From NCBI GenBank assembly GCA_018302765.1, contig JAGVZG010000020.1, forward strand, positions 1-37,589: a stretch of DNA of 37,589 bases, read 5' to 3'. Positions 26,956 to 36,741 of the stretch are shown here, piece by piece. Source of the DNA: Candidatus Woesearchaeota archaeon. GTDB lineage: Archaea; Nanobdellota; Nanobdellia; SCGC-AAA011-G17; GW2011-AR18. The position numbers and the translations under genes are program-made. Below the pieces are notes generated by a model, which searched no databases, was not told the DNA's origin, and saw only the letters and a program-made list of their open reading frames with translations. Each line of letters starts with the position of its first letter. The stretch's first letter is position 1.

Positions 26956-29900
26956 CCAAACCACTTGCCCAGTCCTTCTTGTTTTTCTTTTTCCTTTCCA
27001 AATAATAATTCTATTCTTTGTTTTGACAACTCTAATGTTTGTTTCAAATAGGGTGGTAATTTGTATTTCTCAGCTAAACTTAAACTTGGCTGCAAATATT
27101 TTATTACTGTGCCTTCAGAAATAGTAAATAAAATTCTTCCATTGCATTTAATACAATTGCCCTTTAGGGGGGGCCTTCTAAATTTCTCATTGCAGTTGAC
27201 ACATCTAAACTGCTGCATGGAAAATTTTCTTAGGTTTCCCTTTATATCCCTAATAAAATGTCTCTCTATAACCAGCCTAGCAACATCATTAACGTCTACG
27301 CATCTTAATTTTTCACAAAGAGCCATCTGCTTCTCTACTTTTTCCTGCATTGTTGGTAATATTTTGTAAATACTGCATCTAACTCCTGAATTAATATTTG
27401 TAGTATCGTGAGTAAATCCCCATCCTTCATATTGTCCTTCTTTTCCAAGCTCAGTTTTTAATGTTTTAATTTTTACTTCATTGGCTGGTTTATATTCCAA
27501 CGCAGCCTTATATAATTCCAAAGGATATCTCCAAACAATATCCATATCAAAAACCATATCATCAACTTCTGTTGGAAGGATTGTAGTAGTCAAAACCAAA
27601 GGTTCATCTTGTGTTGCCCCTCTATGATCGCTAAGTAATTTAGGTGAAAAATTGATCAAAGCATCCATCAACAACATTACAGTGGCTTCATCGCCATCAC
27701 AGTCCCTTCTCATAATACTATGGAATAAAGGACTGCATAACATTGTTTGTGTTTTAGAAAAACCAATTATTCTTCCAACAATACCTGCAGCAGTGTGGGG
27801 GCTTAATCCAACAACTAAATGTCCAACCAAATTATTTCTACTATTCAAATTATAAAATTTCTGGATCTTATAAAACTTCTCCAATAAATCATCTATAAAT
27901 TTAGAAACTCTATATAAAACAAAATCTGCTCCCTCATCTTGACTCTCAGGACATGATGGAAGTACAATGTCTTGGCACCTTAATTCCAGTATCTGCTCAT
28001 CATTAATCAATTCATCACTATAAATATCGTGGGTGTATCCTAATTTTTTTAATATTTCAATATCTGTTCCAATTTCTTTTGGCTTAAAATGTGTTAAACT
28101 CATTTCAGTCATATCATATCTTGTTGTGCCATCTTTATTTACATAAATCTCATGAACTGCTCTCAAAATCCCCTTTGCCAAATTTTCAGGAATATGTTGT
28201 TTGTTGCTTGTTCCCCTAACTCCTTTTATTAACTCAGGAGAATTTCTAATTCCCAAAGCCTTTAATGTGTTATCAAAATATTCTTTTATGCCTAAGGATA
28301 AATTTTCATATGATAAAGGACTGTGATTACATTTACCATCATTGCTTTCACATTTATTACAAGTAAAGATTTTTTTAGTTGTTTCTCCGCAAAAAATACA
28401 CTTAGGATAAATAACTTTCTTATTACACTTATTACAAAAATAAATTGAAAATTGGGCAGTAACAGCACACTTTTCTAATGCTTCCTGAAAACATCTAAGC
28501 CTGCCGCCCTCCTTACCAACAGGAAAAAGAGAATGTGGGGATCCAATTAATTTTCTCATCTTGGCTTTTTCTGGTCTTCCCATCCTAGAACCAACATAAA
28601 GACCAGATTTATCCATTATCTTAGCTTCGCTTATTTTATTTATAATTTCTAAAACTGAAAGACTCTCGCTTGCTATTTCTTTAATATTCTTCAAATTAAA
28701 ACTTAAACCATAAAACCCTAAACTTACTCTAAAAGCCAGAGCCCAATCTCCTTCTATTACAATATATTCTCCACCAACAAATTTATGTGGAACGCCAATC
28801 AATTCAAGTATTCTTTTATTAGTATCCTCTTGCAAAATAGGAATTATGATTTTTTCGTCTTTAACAACAGCAAAACTCAACCAGTCAATCAAAGATAAAA
28901 AAGAATCAAAATTTATATCACCCCAATGATAAGTAAATCTTGGATGTAAAGGTACTTTAAATTTCTTTGTTATTTCAAAAGCTTGAATAAAACTCAATTT
29001 TAGTTTGTTTGGATAAGTTACCAAATCTTTGTATTCTTCTTTATATTCTCCTAAAACCCCCTCTAATTCTAAAGCCCACCAATCTTCATTATACCCAACA
29101 GGAGCCAAGAGATGACCTCTATTCAAAAAATAACCATAATTTAAAAGTATGTCTCCTAAAAATAAAACTTCCTGGATTTCTTTTATTACTATTCTTGCCT
29201 CTTCTTCAGTCTCAAGAAATAAAACATCACCATTTTTTAATTTAACAATAGGTCCTTCTATAGAATCACAACAACTAATTACTGTACTTTTACCAGGTCT
29301 CTCTGTCTTTAATTGAGTGCCAGAAGCAATAAAACTGTCTAAAATAATCATAGTGGCAGGATGAACTGCACTGTCGCTTAAACCTGTAGTTCTTGCTCTT
29401 CCAAATCTGACTCTGAAAGAACCAACACTCAAAGGGCTTCCTAAAATAGGCCTACCTGCAACTAAATCTTTGATGTAATTAAAATCTGGGACAATTTTAG
29501 TTGTTGCTTCTTTGATTTTACCTTTTGCCCTTATTTGTTTTTGTAGTACTACATAATCTTCCAAAAAACCCCAATGCCCCATTCCAATTTCTTTGTTCCA
29601 TTTAGAGAATTTATTCCAAAATTTGGCAAATTTCTGACTAAGACCCTCTGCCATAACTAAACAAAAACCATTCCTCAATTTATTAGTATAAATTCTTGAT
29701 AAATTTTTGTAGTTAGGTACGTCTATCTTTTCACTTGGATCTCCATCTATTTGAACAGGTAAGCTTTTTGTTAAAAAATCTGCCTCCTTTTTAGAGGGGA
29801 AATATTGTAAGTTTGTAATTCTATCATGAAAATGCTCAAGTTCTGCAAATGTCCTGTTTATTTCCTCCTCTGTGGGATCATAAGTAGAGTACCCCATTTT

Positions 29901-30428
29901 TATTCTAATATAATCACTAACAGCAACAAAAATACAGGTTGCTGTAGTTCCAGCACTTCTAATAGGGCCTCCAAAATATAAACAAAAGTATTCCCCTTTT
30001 CCATCTAACCTTTTCTTCAGCTCTAATTTTATAAACCCCTCTAAGGGAGAAGAAACAACGCCATTAGTTATATAAGCTAAGCCAACCCTAAGACCGACCT
30101 CCATCGCTTCTTTTTTATCAGAAAATTTACAAAATTTTTCTTCAGCAACTTCTTCAGCAATTAAAAAAGCAATTAACCAATTTTGGCTACCGTGCTGTTG
30201 CTCTAACTCATTAATCCTTCCACTTAAACCACTTCCTTTCATTTGCGGAGCAACAACAGAGACCAAACCTTCTACACGTTCTGCCATGTCTCTAGCCAAA
30301 GGAATTTCTACTTTATCTGAAGGATCAAATCCAAGAGATCTGGCAGTATTAGCTACGTCATAACAATTTTTTAATTTAGTATCTAGTTCACCAAAATATT
30401 CCTTCATTTTATTGCTTAATTGAGTCAT
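26952..30428 (-). CDS. polC: DNA polymerase D large subunit DP2
   Basis: ARDMAERVE, GGPIRSAGTT, FRVRFGRARTTG, RMGRPEKAK, DGTTRYD, RRDCDGDE, Zn fingers, PIP box QEGLGKWF. No intein. Confidence 0.98.
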   Translation of the reverse strand: MTQLSNKMKEYFGELDTKLKNCYDVANTARSLGFDPSDKVEIPLARDMAERVEGLVSVVAPQMKGSGLSGRINELEQQHGSQNWLIAFLIAEEVAEEKFCKFSDKKEAMEVGLRVGLAYITNGVVSSPLEGFIKLELKKRLDGKGEYFCLYFGGPIRSAGTTATCIFVAVSDYIRIKMGYSTYDPTEEEINRTFAELEHFHDRITNLQYFPSKKEADFLTKSLPVQIDGDPSEKIDVPNYKNLSRIYTNKLRNGFCLVMAEGLSQKFAKFWNKFSKWNKEIGMGHWGFLEDYVVLQKQIRAKGKIKEATTKIVPDFNYIKDLVAGRPILGSPLSVGSFRVRFGRARTTGLSDSAVHPATMIILDSFIASGTQLKTERPGKSTVISCCDSIEGPIVKLKNGDVLFLETEEEARIVIKEIQEVLFLGDILLNYGYFLNRGHLLAPVGYNEDWWALELEGVLGEYKEEYKDLVTYPNKLKLSFIQAFEITKKFKVPLHPRFTYHWGDINFDSFLSLIDWLSFAVVKDEKIIIPILQEDTNKRILELIGVPHKFVGGEYIVIEGDWALAFRVSLGFYGLSFNLKNIKEIASESLSVLEIINKISEAKIMDKSGLYVGSRMGRPEKAKMRKLIGSPHSLFPVGKEGGRLRCFQEALEKCAVTAQFSIYFCNKCNKKVIYPKCIFCGETTKKIFTCNKCESNDGKCNHSPLSYENLSLGIKEYFDNTLKALGIRNSPELIKGVRGTSNKQHIPENLAKGILRAVHEIYVNKDGTTRYDMTEMSLTHFKPKEIGTDIEILKKLGYTHDIYSDELINDEQILELRCQDIVLPSCPESQDEGADFVLYRVSKFIDDLLEKFYKIQKFYNLNSRNNLVGHLVVGLSPHTAAGIVGRIIGFSKTQTMLCSPLFHSIMRRDCDGDEATVMLLMDALINFSPKLLSDHRGATQDEPLVLTTTILPTEVDDMVFDMDIVWRYPLELYKAALEYKPANEVKIKTLKTELGKEGQYEGWGFTHDTTNINSGVRCSIYKILPTMQEKVEKQMALCEKLRCVDVNDVARLVIERHFIRDIKGNLRKFSMQQFRCVNCNEKFRRPPLKGNCIKCNGRILFTISEGTVIKYLQPSLSLAEKYKLPPYLKQTLELSKQRIELLFGKEKEKQEGLGKWFG

Positions 30429-32008
30429 TTTAAACTCATCCTTTCACTATACAAAACTTTAATGTCATCATCTAAAAAATCCATAATTTTAATTTCTCTT
30501 GTTTTCAAGTTAATAAGTGGTATCTTAGCTGGATGGGGAACAATTCCTCTTTTGGCGTTATCTTCACTCTGAACAACCCAGCAAGAACTATTAATTAAGG
30601 AAACGTTTCTGTAATTACTAACAGTAATTTGATGTATGTGTCCTGAAACAAAAATATCAGGAACTTTCTCAATAACCAAATGATCAGAACTCTCATCAGG
30701 AATGTATAATGTAGAACTATGTGATGGCGCTAAATGCCTTTTTTGTAATAAAAACTTCATTATTAAATCACATCTAAATATTCCCCCCTTGTCTCTAATA
30801 CTAGGCACATTGTCTGCAAAATAAGGAAAACTTGCGCCATGGTACATTAATACATCAAAACCTGGAAACCCTTCAGAAGAATGAATGTTGACTAAAGCAG
30901 GATTGCTAACAATAATCATGTTGGGAATTTCATAAAAACCTTTTGAGATATTCTTATCAAAAACAGGTTGTGGTTCTGACATCCTCATTGCATCGTGATT
31001 TCCACCACAAATAATAATTTTTATTTTCTCAGGAATCATCTTAAAATATTTTGTAGCCTCCTCATACTGATCATATATATCTTTTATATCTAAATCTTCC
31101 TCCTGGCCAGGATAAATCCCAACACCCTCCACAACATCACCAGTAACAAACAAATACTTTATTTTGTTAGCAATTTCTCTTTGTTGTCCAGTACCATATT
31201 CCCCACGCAGCCACATTATAAATTTCATAAAATCCCCACTCAAAAAATTCTTTATACCAAAATGTATATCACTAATAAAAACAGCATAAGTTTCATCTGG
31301 GGATTTTTTTAATTCGTGGTTTATTGGAATATCTGGGAAAAAAACAGCATTGCAAAAAATTATACCATTTCCAACAACACCGCTAATACCTATCACCTCA
31401 TCAAGAACAATATCTTTAGCTAAATTATATAATTCATTTTTATTTTTATTGAATAAAACTTGGTGTGTTCCTGTTTGGTCTTCTAAAATTAATATTATAT
31501 TATCATTTTTTGTTTGTAGTTTATTAAACACCAACCCAATAATACTAACAACATCCCCTTCCTGCTTCCTAGACAACCTAGCAATAGATACACTATCTTG
31601 CAGCTCTGGCCTTAAAAGCAACAACCTCTTTAAAAATTCATATCTTTTTTTAAAATAATTAACAAAATCTTGAACTTCTTTTTTTTTGTTTTTATAATTA
31701 TAAGAAAAAATAACATTAACATTAGAAACACCATCTAAATTGTTAGTAATTGCCTCTCTATGAACAACTTTCAAGCTCATCTCAGAATTAGAATTATCTA
31801 AACTTTTGTTGCTAGAAAAATCACCAATCTCTTTTAAAGAATTAACTAAAATATCGCTGTTGTTTAAAGAAGAAAGAAAATCATTATTGGTAATTAACTT
31901 ATCGAGGTCATTAACGTTTTGTAAATTAAAATTTAATTTATCAAAAAGTCCTGGTCCAACTAAAAAACCTTTCTGCATAAAATAATTAATAATTTCTTCT
32001 TTATTCAT
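30425..32008 (-). CDS. polB: DNA polymerase D small subunit DP1 (3'-5' exonuclease)
   Basis: OB domain, FISDIHFG, TGDVVEGVGIYPGQ, GGNHD, YHG, SGHIH. ATGA overlap with DP2. Confidence 0.96.
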   Translation of the reverse strand: MNKEEIINYFMQKGFLVGPGLFDKLNFNLQNVNDLDKLITNNDFLSSLNNSDILVNSLKEIGDFSSNKSLDNSNSEMSLKVVHREAITNNLDGVSNVNVIFSYNYKNKKKEVQDFVNYFKKRYEFLKRLLLLRPELQDSVSIARLSRKQEGDVVSIIGLVFNKLQTKNDNIILILEDQTGTHQVLFNKNKNELYNLAKDIVLDEVIGISGVVGNGIIFCNAVFFPDIPINHELKKSPDETYAVFISDIHFGIKNFLSGDFMKFIMWLRGEYGTGQQREIANKIKYLFVTGDVVEGVGIYPGQEEDLDIKDIYDQYEEATKYFKMIPEKIKIIICGGNHDAMRMSEPQPVFDKNISKGFYEIPNMIIVSNPALVNIHSSEGFPGFDVLMYHGASFPYFADNVPSIRDKGGIFRCDLIMKFLLQKRHLAPSHSSTLYIPDESSDHLVIEKVPDIFVSGHIHQITVSNYRNVSLINSSCWVVQSEDNAKRGIVPHPAKIPLINLKTREIKIMDFLDDDIKVLYSERMSLK

Positions 32009-32010
32009 AA

Positions 32011-33213
32011 TTATAAATTAAGGCTCTCTTTTAAAGTTGTTCTGATGTTTGGTATTGTTGAAGAAGGAATTCCTAATTTAATTTCTCTTGTTCTTCCGTA
32101 CCTTCCTTTAGATATAACTCTTGCATTAATAATTCCTAACATATCCAATTCAGCTATAATATCAGAAACTCTGCGTTGAGTTAGTGGTTTTAAACCTACC
32201 TTACCACAAAAAGATTTGTAAATCTCATAAATATCTCCTGTAAATACAGGGGATTCTGCAAGATTGCAAACATCAAATATTGCTAATAATGTAAGCTGAA
32301 ATTGTTTTGGTTGTGTATTAACCACATCTAAAACCCTATCTCTTTCTATTTTTTCTTCAGCCTCATCTATATTTTCAACACATATGAAAGATTTATTCTT
32401 TCTCTCAGCTATTTCAGCGGAAACCCTTAATAATTCTAACGCCCTTCTGGCATCACCGTGTTCTCTTGCAGCATATGCAGCACACTTTTCTATTACACCT
32501 TCTCTAACAATGCCCTCACCAAAGGCTTCCTTCGCCCTTTCCCTTAAAATATCTTGGATTTGAAGTGCATTGTAGGGTGAAAATACTAATTCTTCTTCAC
32601 TCAAAGAACTTTTAACCCTTGGATCAACACCATCCATAAACAATAAATCATTAGAAATCCCAATTATGGAAAGTTCAACATTTTTCAACTCAAAATTAAT
32701 TCTTGTTAAATTATAAAGAATTTCATCTCCTGCTTTTTTGACTAATTGATCTATCTCATCCAAAACTAAAATTATAAGTTTATTCTCAGAATCAATATGT
32801 TTAAGAAAAATTTTATATACTTCATCTGTAGGCAATCCTGTTGCTGGTATATCTAATCCAAATTCTTTAGCTAATTGGACTATTATTCTATATTCTGTAT
32901 CTGCAACCCTTTTCAATTTACAATTTAAATATATAATTTGGATTGGTAATTTTTTCTCATTTGCAACACTTAAAATTTGAGAGGTTACGTATTTACTTAC
33001 TACTGTTTTACCAGTACCTGTCTTACCATATAAAAATAAATTAGATGGTTTTTCCATTCTAAGTGCTGGTGCTAAAATACCTGCTATTGTTTTAATTTGA
33101 TCATCTCTATGTGCTATGTTCTCAGGGGTGTAATTGGATTGTAAAACTTTTTTACTTTTGAAAAGAGGTTCCCTTTCTAAATATCCATGAAAGAATTTTG
33201 TTAGTTCAACCAT
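32011..33213 (-). CDS. cdc6: Orc1/Cdc6 replication initiator
   Basis: YGKTGTGKT, YLNC, VLDEIDQL, GDARRALELL, wH domain ELDMLGII...GRYGRT. Confidence 0.97.
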   Translation of the reverse strand: MVELTKFFHGYLEREPLFKSKKVLQSNYTPENIAHRDDQIKTIAGILAPALRMEKPSNLFLYGKTGTGKTVVSKYVTSQILSVANEKKLPIQIIYLNCKLKRVADTEYRIIVQLAKEFGLDIPATGLPTDEVYKIFLKHIDSENKLIILVLDEIDQLVKKAGDEILYNLTRINFELKNVELSIIGISNDLLFMDGVDPRVKSSLSEEELVFSPYNALQIQDILRERAKEAFGEGIVREGVIEKCAAYAAREHGDARRALELLRVSAEIAERKNKSFICVENIDEAEEKIERDRVLDVVNTQPKQFQLTLLAIFDVCNLAESPVFTGDIYEIYKSFCGKVGLKPLTQRRVSDIIAELDMLGIINARVISKGRYGRTREIKLGIPSSTIPNIRTTLKESLNL

Positions 33214-33276
33214 CTTTTTTCAAACCTTTGTATCTAATTTTGCTTTTTATAATTTATTATCTTTTAATATATACAC

Positions 33277-33373
33277 CTACACCTACATTTCCTTTGGAAT
33301 AAAAAAGAATATTAATTAAAATAAAAACTTACGCAACTACTATTAAAGAGCTACACCTACATTTCCTTTGGAA
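33277..33373 (-). repeat. Two identical 23-bp ORB-like boxes
   Basis: CTACACCTACATTTCCTTTGGAA at 33277-33299 and 33351-33373; reverse complement TTCCAAAGGAAATGTAGGTGTAG resembles ORB TTCCAGTGGAAA...G-string. Confidence 0.85.
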
Positions 33374-33511
33374 AACCACAGAATCCAAAATAAATAATAT
33401 AAAATATATTAAATAATATAGAAATATTTATAAACAAAGCAAGAAAAAACAAAAATTTATAAATAACATACTAAAAATAATACAAAACAAATTAAAACAA
33501 TAGCAGACAAC

Positions 33512-33596
33512 TCCATAAGAAACAAAGGACAAACAATTAATTCTATAAGAAACAAAAGGGTGGGGGTCTATAAGAAACAAAGGACAAACAATTAAT
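33512..33596 (+). repeat. Three ORB-like boxes of a second sequence class
   Basis: TC(C/T)ATAAGAAACAAA x3. ATAAGAAACAAAGGACAAACAATTAAT is identical at 33515-33541 and 33570-33596; the middle copy ends in G-string AGGGTGGGGG. Confidence 0.8.
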
Positions 33597-33620
33597 ACTT
33601 ACAATCTAATACTAATATTT

Positions 33621-33647
33621 GAAAAAACAAAAATTTATAAATAACAT
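33621..33647 (+). promoter_or_regulatory. BRE-TATA promoter of the PRC-barrel gene, duplicated exactly at 33443-33469
   Basis: GAAAAAACAAAAATTTATAAATAACAT occurs at both positions. Confidence 0.6.
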
Positions 33648-33677
33648 TGATCTTATTTTAATAAAAGGTATACAAAA

Positions 33678-33938
33678 ATGGATGAAGAAAGAAGAAATTC
33701 AAAACAATTTATGGGTAAAAAAGTAGTAACGAAAAGTGGAAAAGTGTTTGGAGAAGTTAATAATTTAGTATTTGAATCAAAAACAGGTGAAATATTACAA
33801 CTTTCTTTAAGAAATGCAACAAGTTATTGTGAAGGTTTAGATTTAGAAAAGACAAAGCAAGGAGAAGTTCTATTACCCTTTTCTTCTGTAGTAGCCTTTG
33901 GTGATTTTATAGTTGTAGCAGAAGAAGAAATATTATAA
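33678..33938 (+). CDS. PRC-barrel domain protein
   Basis: FMGKKVVTKSGKVFGEVNNLVFESKTGEI...LPFSSVVAFGDFIVV. Confidence 0.9.
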   Translation: MDEERRNSKQFMGKKVVTKSGKVFGEVNNLVFESKTGEILQLSLRNATSYCEGLDLEKTKQGEVLLPFSSVVAFGDFIVVAEEEIL

Positions 33939-34007
33939 ATAATTTTTACAGATAAAATTTATAAATAGAAAGACTATATTTATAAACTTTAATCTTTTTT
34001 TAAGTAA

Positions 34008-35948
34008 ATGGTTAATAAGAAAATCATTAAAACAAAAACCACAGAATCCAAAATAATCAATAAATCATCAAAAAAAGAAGTAAAACTTTTAAATTATAAA
34101 ACAACAGCAGACATACTAATTCCAAAAAATATTTCTGAACAAATAATAGGTCAAGATGAAGGACTTCAAATTATAAAAAAAGCAGGGAAGCAAAGGAGAA
34201 ATGTTTTATTAATAGGTGAGCCAGGAACTGGAAAAAGTTTATTAGGTCAGGCAATCGCTGAACAAATACCCACAACAAAACTTGTCGATGTTCTATGTTT
34301 TCCAAACGACCAAGATGAAAATAACCCACTAATTAGGGTATTGCCAAGAGGTAAAGGTAAAGACCTAATAACAAAACTAAAAATACAATCAATAGCTTCA
34401 TCAAGAAATATAAATATATTATTATTTATAATATTAATAATAACATTAATAACACCATGGTGGATAAGGAAACAATATGGAGATATTATAGCAGCGGCCT
34501 CTATCATTGGTTCAATGATTTTTCTTGTAGGTTTTTTGATTTTTATAAATATAAATAAAAAATTAGGGAATCAAAAAATAAAAACCCCAAAATTGTTAGT
34601 AGACACATCATCACAAAAAACAGCCCCCTTTATTGATGCTACTGGAATGCATGCAGGTGCCTTACTTGGGGATTGTCTCCACGATCCGCTTCAGACAGGT
34701 GGACTGGGAACTCCAGCGCACGAAAGAGTTACACCAGGAGCAATTCATAAAGCAAATAATGGTGTTTTATTTATAGATGAAATTGGTTTGTTAGATCCAC
34801 ACTCACAACAAGAATTATTAACAACACTACAAGAAAAAAAATATAAAATAACAGGCCAGTCAGAACGTTCTTCTGGAGCAATGGTTGCTACTGAACCCGT
34901 TCCATGTGATTTTATTTTAGCAGCAGCAGGAAATCTTGAAACAGTAGAAAAGATGCACCCAGCATTAAGGTCAAGGATAAGAGGCTATGGTTATGAAGTA
35001 TATATGAATGAAACAATGGAAGATAATCAAGAAAATAGAAATAAAATAGTTAAGTTTGTAGCACAAGAAGTTGCAAAAGATAAAAAGATTCCACATTTTA
35101 CAAAAGAAGCAGTTGAGGAAATAATACAAGAAGCCAGGAAAATGGCAGGTATTTCAGGAAAATTAACTGTAAGGTTAAGAGAACTGGGTGGTTTAGTTAG
35201 AGCAGCAGGAGACGTTGCTTCAGAATATAATTCAAAATTAGTAGAAAGAGAACACATATTAAAAGCAAAGCAATTTGCTAGACCACTTGAACAGCAACTA
35301 GCAGATAAATACATAGAAAATAAGAAAAAATATGAAGTTATAATTACTGAAGGTAGTAGGGTTGGAAGAATAAATGGTTTAGCAGTAATTGGAAGTGGAG
35401 CAGCACTATCTGGTTTAGTACTTCCTATAGAATCAGAAATCACTCCTGGTGGTGAAAAAGAAGAGTTTGTAGCAACAGGCCAACTTGGAGAAATAGCAAA
35501 AGAAGCAGTAAAAAATGTTTCAGCAATAATTTTAAAGTATTTCGGTGAAGATATAAAAGAAAAGCACGATATATTTATTCAGTTCTTATACACAGCCGGT
35601 TCTGGTGTTGAAGGCGACTCAGCATCTATAGCAGTAGCAACAGCCATAGTCTCAGCACTTAAAAAAATACCAATAAGACAAGACACAGCAATGACAGGTT
35701 CATTATCAATTAGGGGGGAAGTACTTCCAATTGGGGGTGTAACAGCAAAAGTTGAAGCAGCAATAGAAGCAGGAATAAAAAATGTAATTGTTCCAAAAGG
35801 AAATCACCACGATATAATTTTATCAAAAGAAACAATGCAGAAAGTAAAGATAATACCAGTGGAAACATTTAATGAAGTTTTAAAAAATGCCTTGGTTTGG
35901 AAAGACAAAGACAAGAAAATACTAAATAAATTAATGAAAAAATATTAA
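34008..35948 (+). CDS. lonB: Membrane-anchored archaeal Lon protease (LonB)
   Basis: GEPGTGKS, two TM helices inside the AAA domain, [16 protein letters not shown], catalytic GDSASIA and GVTAKVEAA. Confidence 0.96.
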   Translation: MVNKKIIKTKTTESKIINKSSKKEVKLLNYKTTADILIPKNISEQIIGQDEGLQIIKKAGKQRRNVLLIGEPGTGKSLLGQAIAEQIPTTKLVDVLCFPNDQDENNPLIRVLPRGKGKDLITKLKIQSIASSRNINILLFIILIITLITPWWIRKQYGDIIAAASIIGSMIFLVGFLIFININKKLGNQKIKTPKLLVDTSSQKTAPFIDATGMHAGALLGDCLHDPLQTGGLGTPAHERVTPGAIHKANNGVLFIDEIGLLDPHSQQELLTTLQEKKYKITGQSERSSGAMVATEPVPCDFILAAAGNLETVEKMHPALRSRIRGYGYEVYMNETMEDNQENRNKIVKFVAQEVAKDKKIPHFTKEAVEEIIQEARKMAGISGKLTVRLRELGGLVRAAGDVASEYNSKLVEREHILKAKQFARPLEQQLADKYIENKKKYEVIITEGSRVGRINGLAVIGSGAALSGLVLPIESEITPGGEKEEFVATGQLGEIAKEAVKNVSAIILKYFGEDIKEKHDIFIQFLYTAGSGVEGDSASIAVATAIVSALKKIPIRQDTAMTGSLSIRGEVLPIGGVTAKVEAAIEAGIKNVIVPKGNHHDIILSKETMQKVKIIPVETFNEVLKNALVWKDKDKKILNKLMKKY

Positions 35949-36377
35949 ATTCTTACGTCTAAATTTCTCAATGCTAAAAACCTGACAAAATTACACAATT
36001 CATCATAATTAACCCAATAATTTAAAACCAAAACACATTCTTCTTTTTCATTCTTATATTGTAATTCTAAAAAATAATTATGATGTAAGAAGTTTGAGCG
36101 TTGCTCCAAAACACCAAAAGTAAACATATAAAATTCCAAATTTGGTATTTTTGGGATTTGATTTGGTTCAATGAAACTGTTTAATATTTGTACATCAAAT
36201 TTAATTTTGAAATAATTTGTGGGTTTTTTTTTGAGCATGATATAATTCCAACTTTGACCTTGTAGTTTTATTTTTATACCACCAATCATTAAAAAATATA
36301 AATAAATTAAAAGACATTCCTTTTTGAAATATATTATCTATATCTTCTATAACTTTGAAAATATTCTTATTTGCCAT
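35945..36377 (-). pseudogene. Hypothetical ~143-aa gene broken by a frameshift at an A9 run
   Basis: ATG 36377 reads MANKNIFK...LELYHAQKK up to A9 (T9 at 36224-36232 on +). Removing one A joins it to KPTNYFKIKFDVQ...LDVRI of ORF 35945-36289. Confidence 0.5.
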
Positions 36378-36437
36378 ATTTTAATAAATTAAAAATATAT
36401 TTATAAATTTATCTTAATTTTGAGCTGTAAAGTAAAC

Positions 36438-36512
36438 GGCACCTAATTTGGTGAGATTTTTGTCTGATTTTGTTTTTGGCACCAACACTCTTAAATACTT
36501 AGGGCACCTAAG
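36438..36512 (+). promoter_or_regulatory. Operator-like repeats/palindromes around the promoter of the AbrB-like gene
   Basis: GGCACC(T/A)A at 36438, 36478 and 36503; palindromes TTGG-CA-CCAA (36476-36485) and CTTAGG-GCA-CCTAAG (36498-36512) flank TTAAATA (36491-36497). Confidence 0.6.
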
Positions 36513-36518
36513 ATTTTT

Positions 36519-36692
36519 ATGAAAATCATAAAGACTTTTGATAAAAAAGTAGGAGACACAGAATATTACAAATATAGAGCACCATTACCTAAGGCAGTGG
36601 CCGAAGATTCTGGGCTGATAAGTAAAGAACTAAAGATAACCACAAAAAATAATAAAATTTTGATAGAAGAAGATAAGGAAAAGAAAGAATAA
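36519..36692 (+). CDS. 57-aa AbrB/MazE-like small DNA-binding protein (below the ORF-track cutoff)
   Basis: MKIIKTFDKKVGDTEYYKYRAPLPKAVAEDSGLISKELKITTKNNKILIEEDKEKKE*: a beta-beta-(LP)-helix-beta-beta swapped-hairpin pattern. Confidence 0.72.
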   Translation: MKIIKTFDKKVGDTEYYKYRAPLPKAVAEDSGLISKELKITTKNNKILIEEDKEKKE

Positions 36693-36741
36693 ATTAAATT
36701 TTTTAATTAAAATGTTCTTCAAGAGTTTTGAAAATGTTAAA

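Larger units (their letters stand above)
33277..33596. other. Probable chromosomal replication origin (oriC): ORB-like repeats flanking an AT-rich unwinding element
   Basis: Intergenic region directly upstream of cdc6, with two minus-strand ORB-like repeats, an AT-rich stretch at 33374-33510, and three plus-strand ORB-like repeats. Confidence 0.82.

Noticed and set aside
26952-33213. Inteins in DP2, DP1 or Cdc6
   Set aside because: Lengths are normal, with no C/S...HN splice junctions or LAGLIDADG blocks; RRDCDGDE is uninterrupted.
33277-33596. Repeats as a mini CRISPR array
   Set aside because: Only 2-3 copies, irregular spacing, two unrelated repeat classes, no cas genes; position upstream of cdc6 and ORB similarity explain them.
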